Shown one piece after another: positions 36,235 through 49,736 of a stretch of DNA of 64,000 bases. The position numbers were made by a program, and so were the translations under genes. Every line of letters begins with the position of its first letter. Positions within the stretch are counted from its first letter, which is position 1. Location of the stretch: NCBI RefSeq assembly GCF_947568905.1, contig NC_079164.1, positions 34,534,001 through 34,598,000 of the forward strand, read 5' to 3'. The notes beneath the pieces are model-generated. The model was not told the DNA's origin and searched no databases. It worked only from the letters and a program-made list of their open reading frames with translations. Origin of the DNA: Ostrea edulis. Lineage: Eukaryota.

Positions 36235-37727
36235 AAAGATTGACTGAATATGAAGACAGTAAAAGCTACATACAGTGTATAAATTTAGTCTAATTGATAA
36301 AGATTGACTGAATATGAAGACAGTAAAAGCTACATACGGCGTATAAATTTAGTCTAATTGATAAAGATTGACTGAATATGAAGACAGTAAAAGCTACATA
36401 CGGTGTATAAATTTAGTCTAATTGATAAAGATTGACTGAATATGAAGACAGTAAAAGCTACATACGGTGTATAAATTTAGTCTAATTGATAAAGATTGAC
36501 TGAATATGAAGACAGTAAAAGCTACATACGGTGTATAAATTTAGTCTAATTGATAAAGATTGACTGAATATGAAGACAGTAAAAGCTACATACGGTGTAT
36601 AAATTTAGTCTAATTGATAAAGATTGACTGAATATGAAGACAGTAAAAGCTACATACAGTGTATAAATTTAGTCTAATTGATAAAGATTGACTGAATATG
36701 AAGACAGTAAAAGCTACATACAGTGTATAAATTTAGTCTAATTGATAAAGATTGACTGAATATGAAGAAAGTAAAAGCTACATACGGCGTATAAATTTAG
36801 TCTAATTGATAAAGATTGACTGAATATGAAGACAGTAAAAGCTACATACGGCGTATAAATTTAGTCTAATTGATAAAGATTGACTGAATATGAAGACAGT
36901 AAAAGCTACATACAGTGTATAAATTTAGTCTAATTGATAAAGATTGACTGAATATGAAGAAAGTAAAAGCTACATACGGCGTATAAATTTAGTCTAATTG
37001 ATAAAGATTGACTGAATATGAAGACAGTAAAAGCTACATACGGCGTATAAATTTAGTCTAATTGATAAAGATTGACTGAATATGAAGACAGTAAAAGCTA
37101 CATACGGTGTATAAATTTAGTCTAATTGATAAAGATTGACTGAATATGAAGACAGTAAAAGCTACATACAGTGTATAAATTTAGTCTAATTGATAAAGAT
37201 TGACTGAGTATGAAGACAGTAAAAGCTACATACAGTGTATAAATTTAGTCTAATTGATAAAGATTGACTGAATATGAAGACAGTAAAAGCTACATACGGT
37301 GTATAAATTTAGTCTAATTGATAAAGATTGACTGAATATGAAGACAGTAAAAGCTACATACGGTGTATAAATTTAGTCTAATTGATAAAGATTGACTGAA
37401 TATGAAGAAATTAAAAGCTACATACAGTGTATAAATTTAGTCTAATTGATAAAGATTGACTGAATATGAAGACAGTAAAAGCTACATACAGTGTATAAAT
37501 TTAGTCTAATTGATAAAGATTGACTGAGTATGAAGACAGTAAAAGCTACATACAGTGTATAAATTTAGTCTAATTGATAAAGATTGACTGAATATGAAGA
37601 CAGTAAAAGCTACATACAGTGTATAAATTTAGTCTAATTGAAAGTAAAAGCTACATACAGTGTATAAATTTAGTCTAATTGAAAGTAAAAGCTACATACA
37701 GTGTATAAATTTAGTCTAATTGATAAA
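36235..37727 (+). repeat. 64-bp minisatellite, about 22 near-identical units plus 2 truncated 41-bp units; followed by about 59 bp x3 at 37757-37935
   Basis: AAAGATTGACTGAATATGAAGACAGTAAAAGCTACATAC(A/G)G(T/C)GTATAAATTTAGTCTAATTGAT. Confidence 0.95.
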
Positions 37728-39305
37728 TAAAGGAAAACACGGAAACTGACATAATTATATTGTAATGTAACTTTACATTTGTAAGCTAAGTTAGATACTG
37801 CAGCTATTTGATTTTATATTGTAATGCAACTTTACATTTGTAAGCTAAGTTAGATACTGCAGCTATTTGATTTTATATTGTAATGCAACTTTACATTTGT
37901 AAGCTAAGTTAGATACTGCAGCTATTTGATTTTCTGGTTTATGGAAAATCACATTCTTTTCCGACTTATTGGTGGGGTATTTAGTCATTTCATATTGGCA
38001 TAAGAATAAAACGTCCCATAACGTCTGATGAAAATACCATAGGTGAGTTCTTTCTACCCCCCTACAGAGGGTGCATTATGGTAGTGGTCTATAAAGTTAT
38101 TCTGATCAGTGTCTACAGGATTCTTAATGTTTATGTGTTTGTATTAGGCCACTCCTATGATAATACTTCACCAGCTGTAGCCTAGGTGAAGATGAACGAG
38201 TTTTGCGCTCAGTGCTGTAGCGAAACAGGACTTCGGTTTTAAGGTCTCATTTGAAAGAAATACGAATCTCACCTCTAATGCCAGGCGTTTTGGTGAAGAA
38301 GCAATCACTATCATGTATTAGGTTTTACATGGTCATGGCACGAGCGGGGCTCGAATTGACGACCTCTTGGTTACGAAACGAACGTTTTGTCCACTGAGCT
38401 ACCACAATGAGTGTGATTTATATAGCTGAACTTTAAAGGGATATACATGTATATGCTTAATAGTTTCATAAAGTCTAAAGATGTGTGGTCCTTCGGATGA
38501 GAAAAAAACCGAGGCCCCGTGTCACTGTAGGTGTGGCACGTTAAAGATCCCTCCCTGCTCAAAGGTCGTAAGCGCCGAGCATAGGCCTAAACTTTGCAGC
38601 CCTCCACCGACATTTGTGACGTCTCCATATGAGTAAAGAATTCTCGAGAGGGGCGTTAAACAATATACAATCAATCATAAAGATGTCAATACTACGGTAT
38701 TCTAGAAATGTATGAAACTAAAAACTCTATTAACCCTGAATACAAAAAAGACATTCGTTTGTTGTGATATAACTGAAAATTGGTCCGAAATACCACCCGC
38801 GTGTTTTTGACTATTTATGAATCGAGTAGATTGCTGACCACGTGACTGTCTTAAAAAGATACCGCTTGCTATTTTCCACTACTATTTGGATCTGTGCATA
38901 TCTAACTAACCTTTAGGGGATTTAGTCAGGTGGTTGCTTAATCCTACATATACGCTGTCTTTGCTGTCATGCCCACTGGGTCCGAAATTAGAATTAACTG
39001 AATGAAAGATTCTGACCACGCGTGAAGAGGGCGCATGACACTGACCAAAAATGTCCGAGAGTTGAAGTCAAGTGTCAAACTATATGTATTCCTTTCATCT
39101 GGAATGAAATCAAATGGTTACGTTGCATATATTACACAATGCCATTATAGATGCACTAACTTCTGTTATTCAGAAACAAAAATCTTAATCATTAGTACAC
39201 AGGTACCTTTGTATTTCTTTGCATAATCAACTAAACAATTCAATAATGCGACTGTTTTAACGGCTGGGAATTCTCCGACTGACAACGCTAACGCGCTTCA
39301 TGTAG

Positions 39306-39540
39306 TACGAGGGCGAGTCAATAAATAACTACCCTGCCTAACTTATTTCCGGTTGAGAACCACCTCTTCTTGTTCGATGCAATTGTCCTCAAGTGTAATG
39401 CAACCAATTGTGTTCAAGTGCCATCAGCCCAGAACTGAAAAAGTCAGGGTACTTTCCATTGACCCACTCCTCAACTGGTTGAGAACCACCTCTTCTACTG
39501 ACTTCTTCGTCAGTAGTAATTATTGATTTACTTTTCTCTT
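39306..39540 (-). mobile_element. Tc1/mariner 3'-end remnant
   Basis: TA followed by CGAGGGCGAGTCAATAAAT resembles a mariner terminal repeat; the minus strand reads DEEV..VEEWVNGKYPDFFSSGLMALEH, like a mariner transposase C-terminus. Confidence 0.7.
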
Positions 39541-41254
39541 CAGTTACGAAAAACTGAACATACAAGTAAAAAAAAGAAAAAAAGAAACTCGTCTTCAATG
39601 TCATCTAATTCACATAAATAAAATTTTCTACTACTGGTTAACATACCAGTATTTGAAACTTTTTAGAATGCTTCATTGCCATTTGTATTTGTAGGTGTGC
39701 ATATTATAGGGACAGGATAATCCAATTATTTTCCTAAAAGTTATAGTGGATCTAAGAGGGGTGGAGGATGTTAAATTGCTTGTGAAGGTTTCTCCTCCTA
39801 TATAGCTTGCAATTTTGTAAAATACTTCAATGCCATTTGCAGATATGCATAGTGTAGGGACAGGAGGATTCAATTGTTTTCTTTAAAGCTATAGTGGATC
39901 TGGGGGGTGGGGGTGGGGATGGAGGTTGTAAAATACTTTGTGAACACTTATCCTATGTGGCTTATCGGAGTTCATAATGTCTATGTTCCTACTCATGCTT
40001 TCTCCTTCATACCATGCAGTACATTAAGGGGAGGGAGGTTTCATTTGGAGCTCCAATTTGGGGAGCCATTTGTTTTTCATAAAAACAATCTCTAGTTTTA
40101 CAATTGTTACTCTTTCAGGTTTTAAACCAATGCTAAAAAATTCACGCTTCATATCCATTTGCCGTTGGATTCAACTTAATTCATAATAAACTGCTTTATT
40201 GCACGTACTTTTCTTTACACTCTTTTACAAAAATTACTGTGTACCTTTTCAACTTCTTGACCTTTGTGAAAACCCCATATTTTATAATTATATTATTTTA
40301 TGACGTAAGCAAAACGTCACAGTTTATATCCTCATGCATATTTGAAAATGACAAATAATGAAATTCATTGTACAGCGAGAATATGACCAATTCTAAACTA
40401 CTGAATATAATGAAAAAACTTCGTGAATAATCGACCTGAATCTTCAGATAAGTGGAGAATTGAATACCTTAAGTCGGAGTGCCTACTTATTGAAACATTA
40501 CGTAAGGTAGCGAAATATCAGTAGGGCTGCTGCTCTCTAATCTCCAAGTGTTTGTGAGCTAATCTCTTCCAAATTGATTGTACATTTTCTGTCATGTAAT
40601 CAAATGAAAGCTGTTGCCAATGCCTGAAATATCCCAAGGGTTTTCTGAATATGATTAAAGTTTTGTCTAATTCATATACTTCTTTTTAGTGGTCCACGTC
40701 CTTCCACTATGAGCATGATTTTCATTTCCCGTAGGGTGCGCTGTACCAACCATTAACTAGATGACATTCTCCATTTCAAGCGAACTTTTGTACATTTTTT
40801 AGAATTTCATAAAAAGCATGACTTGAGTTGTGAATAATTACAGCAGTAATGCACTTCTATTTTTTTGTTTACATTTTTCCCGCGACTCCGATACATACAC
40901 TATCCTCAACCAAGCGTGCTGTCTTTCAATTTACGAGAGGACGATAATTTTATATGCAAGCATGTTACATGCGTATCTTTATTTCTCTGTCTATAACGCT
41001 GATCACAGGTGACTTGTGGTAAGGTGTAAGTTTATCATTAAATCAGGTCGGTCCTGATTATCTAGAAGTTATATCTACCTTCTACAGGGGGTGACAATCT
41101 GACGGTAACCGGGAACACGTACCTGGAATACCGCGGGTTTATAGTACTCTTAAAAGACAGGGAATCGACAGCAGGAATTTAAATGCGGTTCCATCATAGG
41201 AACATTATGCTGATAATTTGACCACCCTCCGATAGGTTGTCTTATCACTAGCTT

Positions 41255-44200
41255 ATGAGCGGCGGAGAGACTGGGGACGGGGAACGGAGCAGTTCTGGAC
41301 AAAGAGGTTGTACAAAATTTTGTAGGTCCAGAATGGTGACGAGTTTGGATGACATTAAATCCCTCCGCTTCTGGAGAGCGGTGGCGGCGGAGTTTGTGGG
41401 AACTTTGTTACTGACGATGGTCGGTTGTGGTTCTGTCGTGACGTGGGACGACGACGGAAAATTGGTGCAAATTGCTCTTTGTTTTGGACTTAGTGTTGCA
41501 ACGGTCGTCTGGATCATCGGTCACGTAAGTGGAGGACATATCAACCCGGCCGTAACGGTCGCGTTCTTCGTAACTAGGCGCATCAGCCTAGCTCGTGCCA
41601 TCTTCTACGTCATCAGCCAGTGTATCGGCGCCATTGTGGGTGCAGCGCTTTTGTTTGGGTTGACTCCTGCTAGCCATCGTAAACAGGGATCACTAGGGGT
41701 CACCAAAGTAAACTCGGAGCTAACAGGAGCGCAGGCGTTTGGGGTAGAGTTTTTCGTCACCATTGTGTTGGTGTTGACTGTTTTCGCTTCCTGTGACAAG
41801 AAGAGGAAGGATTTGAATGGATCGTTTCCTTTATCCATTGGTCTCTCTGTCACCATGTGCCACTTGTTTGCAGTAAGTCCTCAGAAAGCTTCAAGAGAAA
41901 CGAAACTTGCGTAGAATCAAACATAAGTCAGGTACCTTTAGTCATAAGTCATTCAAATACTGATTCAGGAGGTCCTTTACCGCCATGTCTTGAAGAATGG
42001 AGTGAATTAGCTTCCGCTTCAAGCATTATTTTGACAAGAAGCTTGGTATTAAAATCTATTTTTGCGGGTTCTAGACAACTCTTAGAATACAGAAAATATA
42101 TTCCCTGTGTGTAGATATACGAATGTATATAATGGGAAAAACAACCTAGAAAATAAAACTTCTTCAGTTTCTGTACTTCCAAAGTGCTAAAGATTTCACT
42201 GGATATTTGACTAAATAGCCAACTTGGTGTTCAAGTATTTTGGAAATGCAGAGACTTTAAAAGTGTTGATTTTTAGAATTTTTTTTTATTTGGGGGAGGG
42301 GGGGGGGGGGTATTATACATTTTTACACCAAGAACAAAGTTTTATGTGATTTGTGTACGTATATCGTTTACGGTGGAACGTTTGGATACATTACTCTTTA
42401 GATCTTGACTTTCCTCGATGATATTTCCTTAGGCTTCTGTGTTTACCCAGTATAAATGCGAGGACCAATGTAGTAAGTATAACACTTGACATTTTGAATT
42501 TCTAGATATGTATGGACATTTTAAAAAGAAAATAATTCTACCTTTGTTTACATGCTGAAAGTTTGTCAATTAGGTCATCATGTTCACTTTGATGTTACCA
42601 AATAGGGTTATCGCTGTAGAAAGGTCAACATTTAACAATTTGATCTTAACTATTTGTTCTGTGCTTACTAAGTTTTTGAGTAGGTAGTAAAATTCTGACG
42701 GTTTGAAAACAAATTTCAGATAAGGAAAACATTTATCAATCGCCGGGTTCGTTATGGATATGTCAGGAGCATTGTCAGGGTGACCTGAAGACCTCTTGGT
42801 GATATTGCAATGAGATCTTGTTATTTACATCGCAAGAAACCAACCAGAGTTACCCTTTCCTTAAAATAGACCATATATACCCGTCTTCAGTTATCTTTCG
42901 GAGATTTCATAATTTGGTCAACTAAAAGACCAATGTAAGTTAAATGGAATCTAAAAATACTACCTGCATCAAATCAGGTCTTTGTTTGTTGGGTGTTTTT
43001 TTGTTTTTTTGTTGTTTTTTTGTTGTTTTTTTTGTTTTGTTGTTGATATTTTCATTTTTAAAATCATATAGTTTTTCCTGTAGTTAAATTTGGGTTTTGT
43101 TTTTCTGATTGATAATTTGTTTTTAAAGCGTCCAAAATCGGCATGAATTTGCCCGATATCTAACCAAATATGACCAAAGCGTGACTTTTCAACTTTCTAT
43201 TACATCATATGATTAGTATTTGGAGCTAATCAGGTTAATTGTGCTAAATACGATTCTAACTACCTTAGGCAAAATACTACCTTATGTTTCTAATTCTTTA
43301 CATAAAAAGTCCATACTGTTACATTCACCTTTCTAAAGTTTTCTTCATCGCCAGCGCCCACATGCACATAACACTAATATATAAATTAAACGTGTGGACG
43401 TTATACCATCTGTGAATTCTCCCGTAGTCATTCTTCGTGAATATAATAATGATAAACACCGAGTGTAGTCCCTGAATTTAAAACATCCTCGATTAAAAAT
43501 ATAATGATTGCATATACAGTAAAACATACTTATCGGGAACTCAGATATAAAGAAATTTTTGTTAAACGAATGCGAAAATCATTATCTATATTGATATCAT
43601 AAGGCGCTTATCTATGTATACGAAACATTGTTTATATAAAAAGAAATTAAAAAGAAATTTCTTATAAGGATTTATTTGTAAACATTTTACGCCTTCGGTC
43701 GACTAGTACATAAGTATATGCTCTATCAGCCTAAATCCACTCGCTGACCCTGATTTTTTTTTTCGAGAGGGGTTAGGGGTTACACCGTATTCAATGTGTC
43801 CAATTTCTAGTTTTGTTTAATATCTTAATATGACCCCAGTCGTCCCTCTGAATTCGCTCGTGAAGGCAACATAACAGTCGATTTATCAGTGTATAACTTA
43901 TAGAAGGACGAGGCTATAGAAAATGCATTTAGATAAGGTGAATGAAGATTCTTTTTTTTTTCAACGTAGATCCAGTACACCGGCTCCAGTATGAACACTG
44001 CCAGAAGTTTTGGACCGGCGGTAATCATGGGTCATTGGGAGTATCATTGGGTGAGGCAATTTAGTCACGTGACTACCATACACGTCTATAAAGGGTAACA
44101 TTCAACGTACAAGAACACATCTTCACGATAAAAAAAATATATCCCCAAAGCATATATTGTAATCCCTTTTTTGACGAATCTATATAGCGTAGTCTATGAG

Positions 44201-46123
44201 TGGACAATTGTTTTGTGCTCACACCTTCAATGATTCATTAATAATATCTAATTATCACTTTCAGCGTAAGTATAGGGAATAAGAACGGGGTGCGCTTTTT
44301 TTTCCCGTTTACTGTGTATCCGTCACAATCCCCAGAAATTAATTGAACCTGTTTGGATTCCGAATACATGAAATTTAAAGTACTTGTCATCTGTTTATTC
44401 GCGTCAAACTTTCGTATTTTACATAATTTTACATTTGTGACGTGAAAAATATATGTCAATGGATTAATTCATTAAAGAATACCAAATCTACATATTAATT
44501 GATGGAAGCCTACCAAAGCAGTGCTATCAGTCATCAAAATTATTAATGGTTTTATCGTGATCTGGAAATGTGGTTGTTCATTATACGTGCGTTTGATGAC
44601 ACGATGTCCACCTGCAGGAAAATGAAGACCGGCCATTGGCCGTTGCTAATTAGGACTCGTGATTTGTTCATTTCACTCTTTTCTTGTATACCTTTTTTGT
44701 GTAGCACAGCAATTTCCAAGAAAACAGACTTTATGTTATCTTAAGGTATTCCATGTATAATGAAAGGATAATGAACAATTTTGAAGGATTTAGATCAACA
44801 TAAATGTTTATTGTTGAATAATGATGAAAGTGAAGCAGATGAAATTCACATGACTGGTAAATGATTAGAATCTGACCTTTTTGCACTTAAGACTTTTTTT
44901 TGGAAGAGTTGTCTGCCCTTTGTAAAAATAAGAAAAATCTAATTTTCTAAAAATGTGTGTGGTCAATGATTAATTTTATTTCATATTTTCATGAAGAGAA
45001 AGTGTACGTAACTTTCTACCAAGAGATTTTGTATGAAAATATAATTTCTTTTAAAGATATTGTAATAAAACATGCTATTCCCATATACTTCAATGTTAAA
45101 TTCTAGGTGAAATAAATCAAGGAGTAAACAAATTTTGAAAATTCCTATGGTGGATTATTTTTATTTGATGAACCGTTCAAAATGATACCATGATTACAAA
45201 AATCCCACCATCCATTTATTAGATATGAAATATGGTCATTATACATTGAATACCTTAAGGGATTTCGACAAAAGTTGATAATATTAATGTTTGAGTAAAA
45301 GTGTTTGTTCTCGTGATTTTTAAGAATTTTCGCATGTGTTATGTACATGTAGGTGGTGCTGTTGTGCTATATTTCATCAAATTCAATTACTTGATGTGTA
45401 TACTCCATCAGAATAAAAATGCCTTTCACTTTCGCCACCTCCAACTTTTTAAATATTGTATGTGGCATTTTTCTGCTTGTTCGAAGCTACGTACTAGCTG
45501 TGTTCTCCGAAGAAGAAAAAATCAACAAGCAGAAATTCAAATGGATATGAGTAAAATTGATAAACTGTTTATGTTACATTGCATGTACTCCAAATTACTA
45601 TTAGTACACCGTTAAGATTTTCTCTTAAAGGGGACAAAAAAGGCTGTTATTACATATAGTTCTTTGATAATGGGAATTCAAATGAATTGAGATGTACCAA
45701 TGGATACCTTGCGCTCTTGAAATTTGCAATTAACAATGAACGCCATGCGCTCATTGAAATTTAAAATTACCAATGAATACCATGCGTTTATAAAATTTAC
45801 AATATTTAACGTCATACTATTAAGATAATCAGTAATTATTATTTTTACTCTTGGTTATTTTGTAGGTGTACTGGCTCGGTCCACTACTAGGGGGGCTGGT
45901 GGCTGGGCTTCTCTACGACAATGTGTTTGCCGTCAATGCCTCTCTCTTGAAGGCCCGCGGATTCCTGCTGTCTAGCGAATACGACAATGAAAAATTTTCC
46001 TCCAAAAAACCCAAGATCCGGGTCATTCAGGAGGAGGACGATGAAGAAGAGGGAGACAGAAACCCTCTCACCAGCTCGTTCGACTCAGAGAAGGGGGATC
46101 GAGAGCGACCCGAATCTCCATAG
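41255..46123 (+). CDS. Aquaporin B (AQP4-like MIP), 318 aa, join(41255..41872,43970..44050,45866..46123)
   Basis: FWRAVAAEFVG, SGGHINPAVT, YTGSSMNTARSFGPA, VYWLGPLLGG. GT-AG phase-0 introns at the same positions as aquaporin A. The start could be M1 (41255) or M27 (41333). Confidence 0.93.
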
Positions 46124-46417
46124 CATCTGCATGTATTTCCCCAAGGCTAAACCGAACGCACGTACAACATTAATTGAATTTAAGTTGACATTCATGCATT
46201 GTTCGTAAGTGTTGGTGGCATGTAGTTGTTTCTTAGTAATGTTTAAGTTGTTATAGAGCTGTATTTCATCAACTTTATGTGTGTGTGTTTGTGGAAAATT
46301 GAAAATGATAACTGTAGTCATACACATGTACATGTAAAGATTGATGTGCATTAAATAAAGAAAATATTTACCGAGAGTAAAATGTTGATACTGAGACAGA
46401 AATAACACATTGTATTT

Positions 46418-46646
46418 GTGGCCGAATGGTTAGAGCATTGCGCTCAAAATCGGCCTCTCGCCCCTACTCGGCGCGGGTTCGATCACGCTCGCGCCGGTAA
46501 GTGAAAAAGTTTCCCAGTTTACTTTCGGAAGGTCAGTGGTCTCTTCCCAGGTACATTGTATCTGGGCTCTTTCTTCCACCAATAAAAACTGGGCCCAGAT
46601 AACTGAAAAATTGTTGAGTGTGGCGGAAAACAGCAATCAATCAATC
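46418..46646 (+). mobile_element. tRNA-derived SINE
   Basis: A-box TGGCCGAATGG, B-box GGTTCGATC, (AATC)n tail; it does not fold as a complete cloverleaf. Confidence 0.75.
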
Positions 46647-47639
46647 ATTACCAGTATGCTCATTTTCAGTACTATTTTTGAAATCGTGACGTATGTCAAA
46701 GATTTTTAACCATACTCCCAGAACTGTATCGCATGATTTATGTATTGGAAGTAAGCGAAAGAATTGACATGGTGGTATGACTAGAAATAGTCGTTTTTAT
46801 TTTTTCATTAAATTATTTCGAGTTCTCTGATTGTCTGAAATTCAACAAACTACAATAAAGAAAACGTTATATTTACCTCTACTTGCCTTCAAGGTGAATT
46901 AAATTTTCCAACATTTGACCAAAAAGGAATTGGGAATAGTATAATTTATTTATTGTCTTTCAATGGAAACTCCCGTCTCTGCGCACTTTGACAAGGTGTT
47001 GCACCCTAGCTGTAAGTAAGAATGCCTTACATCACAAACTGGAGTGATAGTTATTTAACTGCACATATTAGTAGTATCGAACCTAATATAATGATAAAAA
47101 GATGGCAGATTATAGAAATCGGTTGGTAAGCTTTAGTAGAGGGCTTCGATGTTTTAAATTATTTCAAGTCATATACGAAGCAAAAGCCCACGTCTCTAAT
47201 CACTTTCAACTAGGTCTTGCACAGTAGCTGTAGACAAAGATGGTTGACCAGGTATCATTTCGCACATTAGTTTCATTTTCTTAATGTATACTTTATTCTC
47301 ATAAAAAGTGTAGGCTCTCGTAGCCAGTTTCGGTGTTTTAGATTATTCAATCATGTAATGTGTACATCAATTATTGAAATTTTTCTATGTCAAAACGATG
47401 TTTTAGCTACCCAAGAAGTAGAATACATGTATTAAACTCGTCCTTTGGGCTCGGTGAATATTCTAATTCTTATATGTAGATAAAGCATTGTATTGACCTC
47501 GTAATGTAATTGTACACATATGTAATGCCAATATTACATTCTGAGCAATATTAAAAGTGAATATCATTTCATTCTTGTTTTCTGCTCCATTCTGATAGAG
47601 AAAATATTCATCTCAGAGTTAGAATAGCAAGTACCGATT

Positions 47640-47741
47640 GATTGTATATTGTTTAACGTCCCTTTTGAGAAATTTTCACTCACCATTGCCGATGAAGGGT
47701 TGCAAAATTTAGGACTATGCCCGGTGCTTACGGTCTTTGAG

Positions 47742-47810
<69 letters not shown>

Positions 47811-47912
47811 ATCGTGCCACACCTGCTGTGACACGGGGTCTCGGTTTAAAATTGCGGTCTCATACGACAAGCAAGGGGTACTGAGGATCTATTCTTACCC
47901 GGATCCCCACAA
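47640..47912 (-). mobile_element. SINE copy containing a 67-nt poly-G run (47743-47809)
   Basis: Reverse complement of the 12946-13213 family; the G run replaces about 14 nt of the family sequence. Confidence 0.85.
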
Positions 47913-48819
47913 GACAGTATCAACTGAGTATTAAATATATCGGCAAATATATACAAAGTACAGGAGCTGTAAAAATGTCCGTTAATTACATGAATACTCG
48001 TAATTGTTTATTTTGTAATTGTTCATTTCTCCATGTCACCATTATTTTTGTTCAAAATGTCCATTTTGCCATGTTTCTCTAATAAGCTTTATGTACGTGT
48101 ATGCTTAAGGAATGAAAGAAAAAATAATTAAACCAAGACTAGGTTACAGGAATTGATCATAAGTAATTCGTAATTACAAATAGATTTACTGTCGTTACTT
48201 GGTCTTGACGCCCTAATGTTTCATTTAGGAGATACACACGTGTCCGGCCAGGATGTATGCTGGAATTGACTTTTCTACATCTCAGCCCATTATCTTCGTC
48301 ACATCTCTATAAAAGTCTCAGTTATCTGACCACCTGTATTCTACTGCCGTCAATCGTGGAATCCTTGTAGCATCTTAATACAGTGCAACACTCTCAAGAT
48401 ATCCCAACCAGGCTCCGGTGAGCTAGCTACATGCAAGTTTTATGGCCCCGGAGCCAGAACTAGATCAGACATTTGTGGAACTCCATTTGGATTGAACTGC
48501 CAACAAATGAAGCGTAATCGATCCTAAAAGGCTGAATTCTGATTTTAATTATTGACGTCTGTCTATTAATTTACATGATCTTACCGGACATTTAGAATTT
48601 GTTACACTCTTTCCATTTTCTTCATAACCTCCAGTATTGGCAAATCATGTGCAGTGGCAGATATAGAGGGAAATACGAGGGTTGCTTGAACATTTATAAC
48701 AAGGATTTTCATTTTCCCCCTCTTCCCCTTTTGGGGTCGCATTCTTCCCTTTGATTTTTTTTTCTGGATACGCCCCTGATGCAACTCATTTTCATATACA
48801 CAAATTCAAATAATTGAAG

Positions 48820-49185
48820 ATATTTTTATTTATTTGAAGGCATCATCGGTTCATTTGATGCGTGCAACAATTCAATTAAAGCTTTATTTAATCAATCAAT
48901 AATATCTTCAATTCTGAATTATTGCGCGCATAAATATTGAATTATTGATAGCATTACTTATTCTGCTGCATTGATGCGTGAAGTAACGGAATTCTTGCTC
49001 TCTTCAATGAAATTAAGGATGTCAACAATTGAATTGATGCGCACTACAATTCAATTGATGGGAGCAATAATTCCATTAATGAATTATTGCACGCATCAAT
49101 TCAGTTAATGCACTCAATAATTGAATTATTACTGTCTTCAACTGGATTATTGATATTATTAATTCAGTTGATGTGCACGCAGCAT
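48820..49185. repeat. Degenerate short repeats (AATTGAATT/ATTGATGCG words)
   Basis: Low-complexity imperfect repeats, probably internal to a transposon. Confidence 0.5.
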
Positions 49186-49736
49186 GGAGCGTGAATTAAC
49201 ATAAACTAAAAAAAAAAACCTGATGATATCTTTCATTATTTGATTGTGGATATGTTGAATTGAAGATATTTCATATTGCATGTAGATAGTTGCTCTAAAA
49301 AGAATTATTTGCGAACATTAACTGAATTAATAATATCAATACCGGTAACCATGCTGCATGTTTCAAAGTGACAATGAAAAAAGACGGATCATTAATTTCA
49401 TTTATTGGAAATATTTATTTGTAAAAAGATAAATGGCACAATGAAAAACACAGGGACTGTCAGAAACAAACACACAGTAATACTCACATATGTATACAAT
49501 ATCAGCAAATAACAATGTAAAATTATAACCATTCTTGAATCAACAATATAAATAATATATACAAGTGTCTACATCTGAAAAGTGTTAAAAAAAAAAAAAA
49601 AAAAAAAAAAGAAATTATTAGAATACACTATAATTTTCCTAATTCCTATGTCAAAAGGTGATCTTCACCCAAGAAAAGAAATACCTCATTATTCAAAACA
49701 ACACCTTTAGTAACAGCTGTGGATGGATTCTTTGAA

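Noticed and set aside
36235-37727. Regular arrays resembling CRISPR (also 12147-12945, 29374-29500, 51640-52130)
   Set aside because: The units are contiguous with no unique spacers, there are no cas genes, and the context is eukaryotic.
46418-46495. Possible tRNA gene (also tRNA-like stretches near 11870-11930, 17540-17605 and 33280-33347)
   Set aside because: A and B boxes are present but there is no proper acceptor or anticodon stem, and they are attached to repeat bodies, so they are SINE heads.
47649-47934. Poly-glycine ORFs
   Set aside because: Produced by the G homopolymer inside a SINE.
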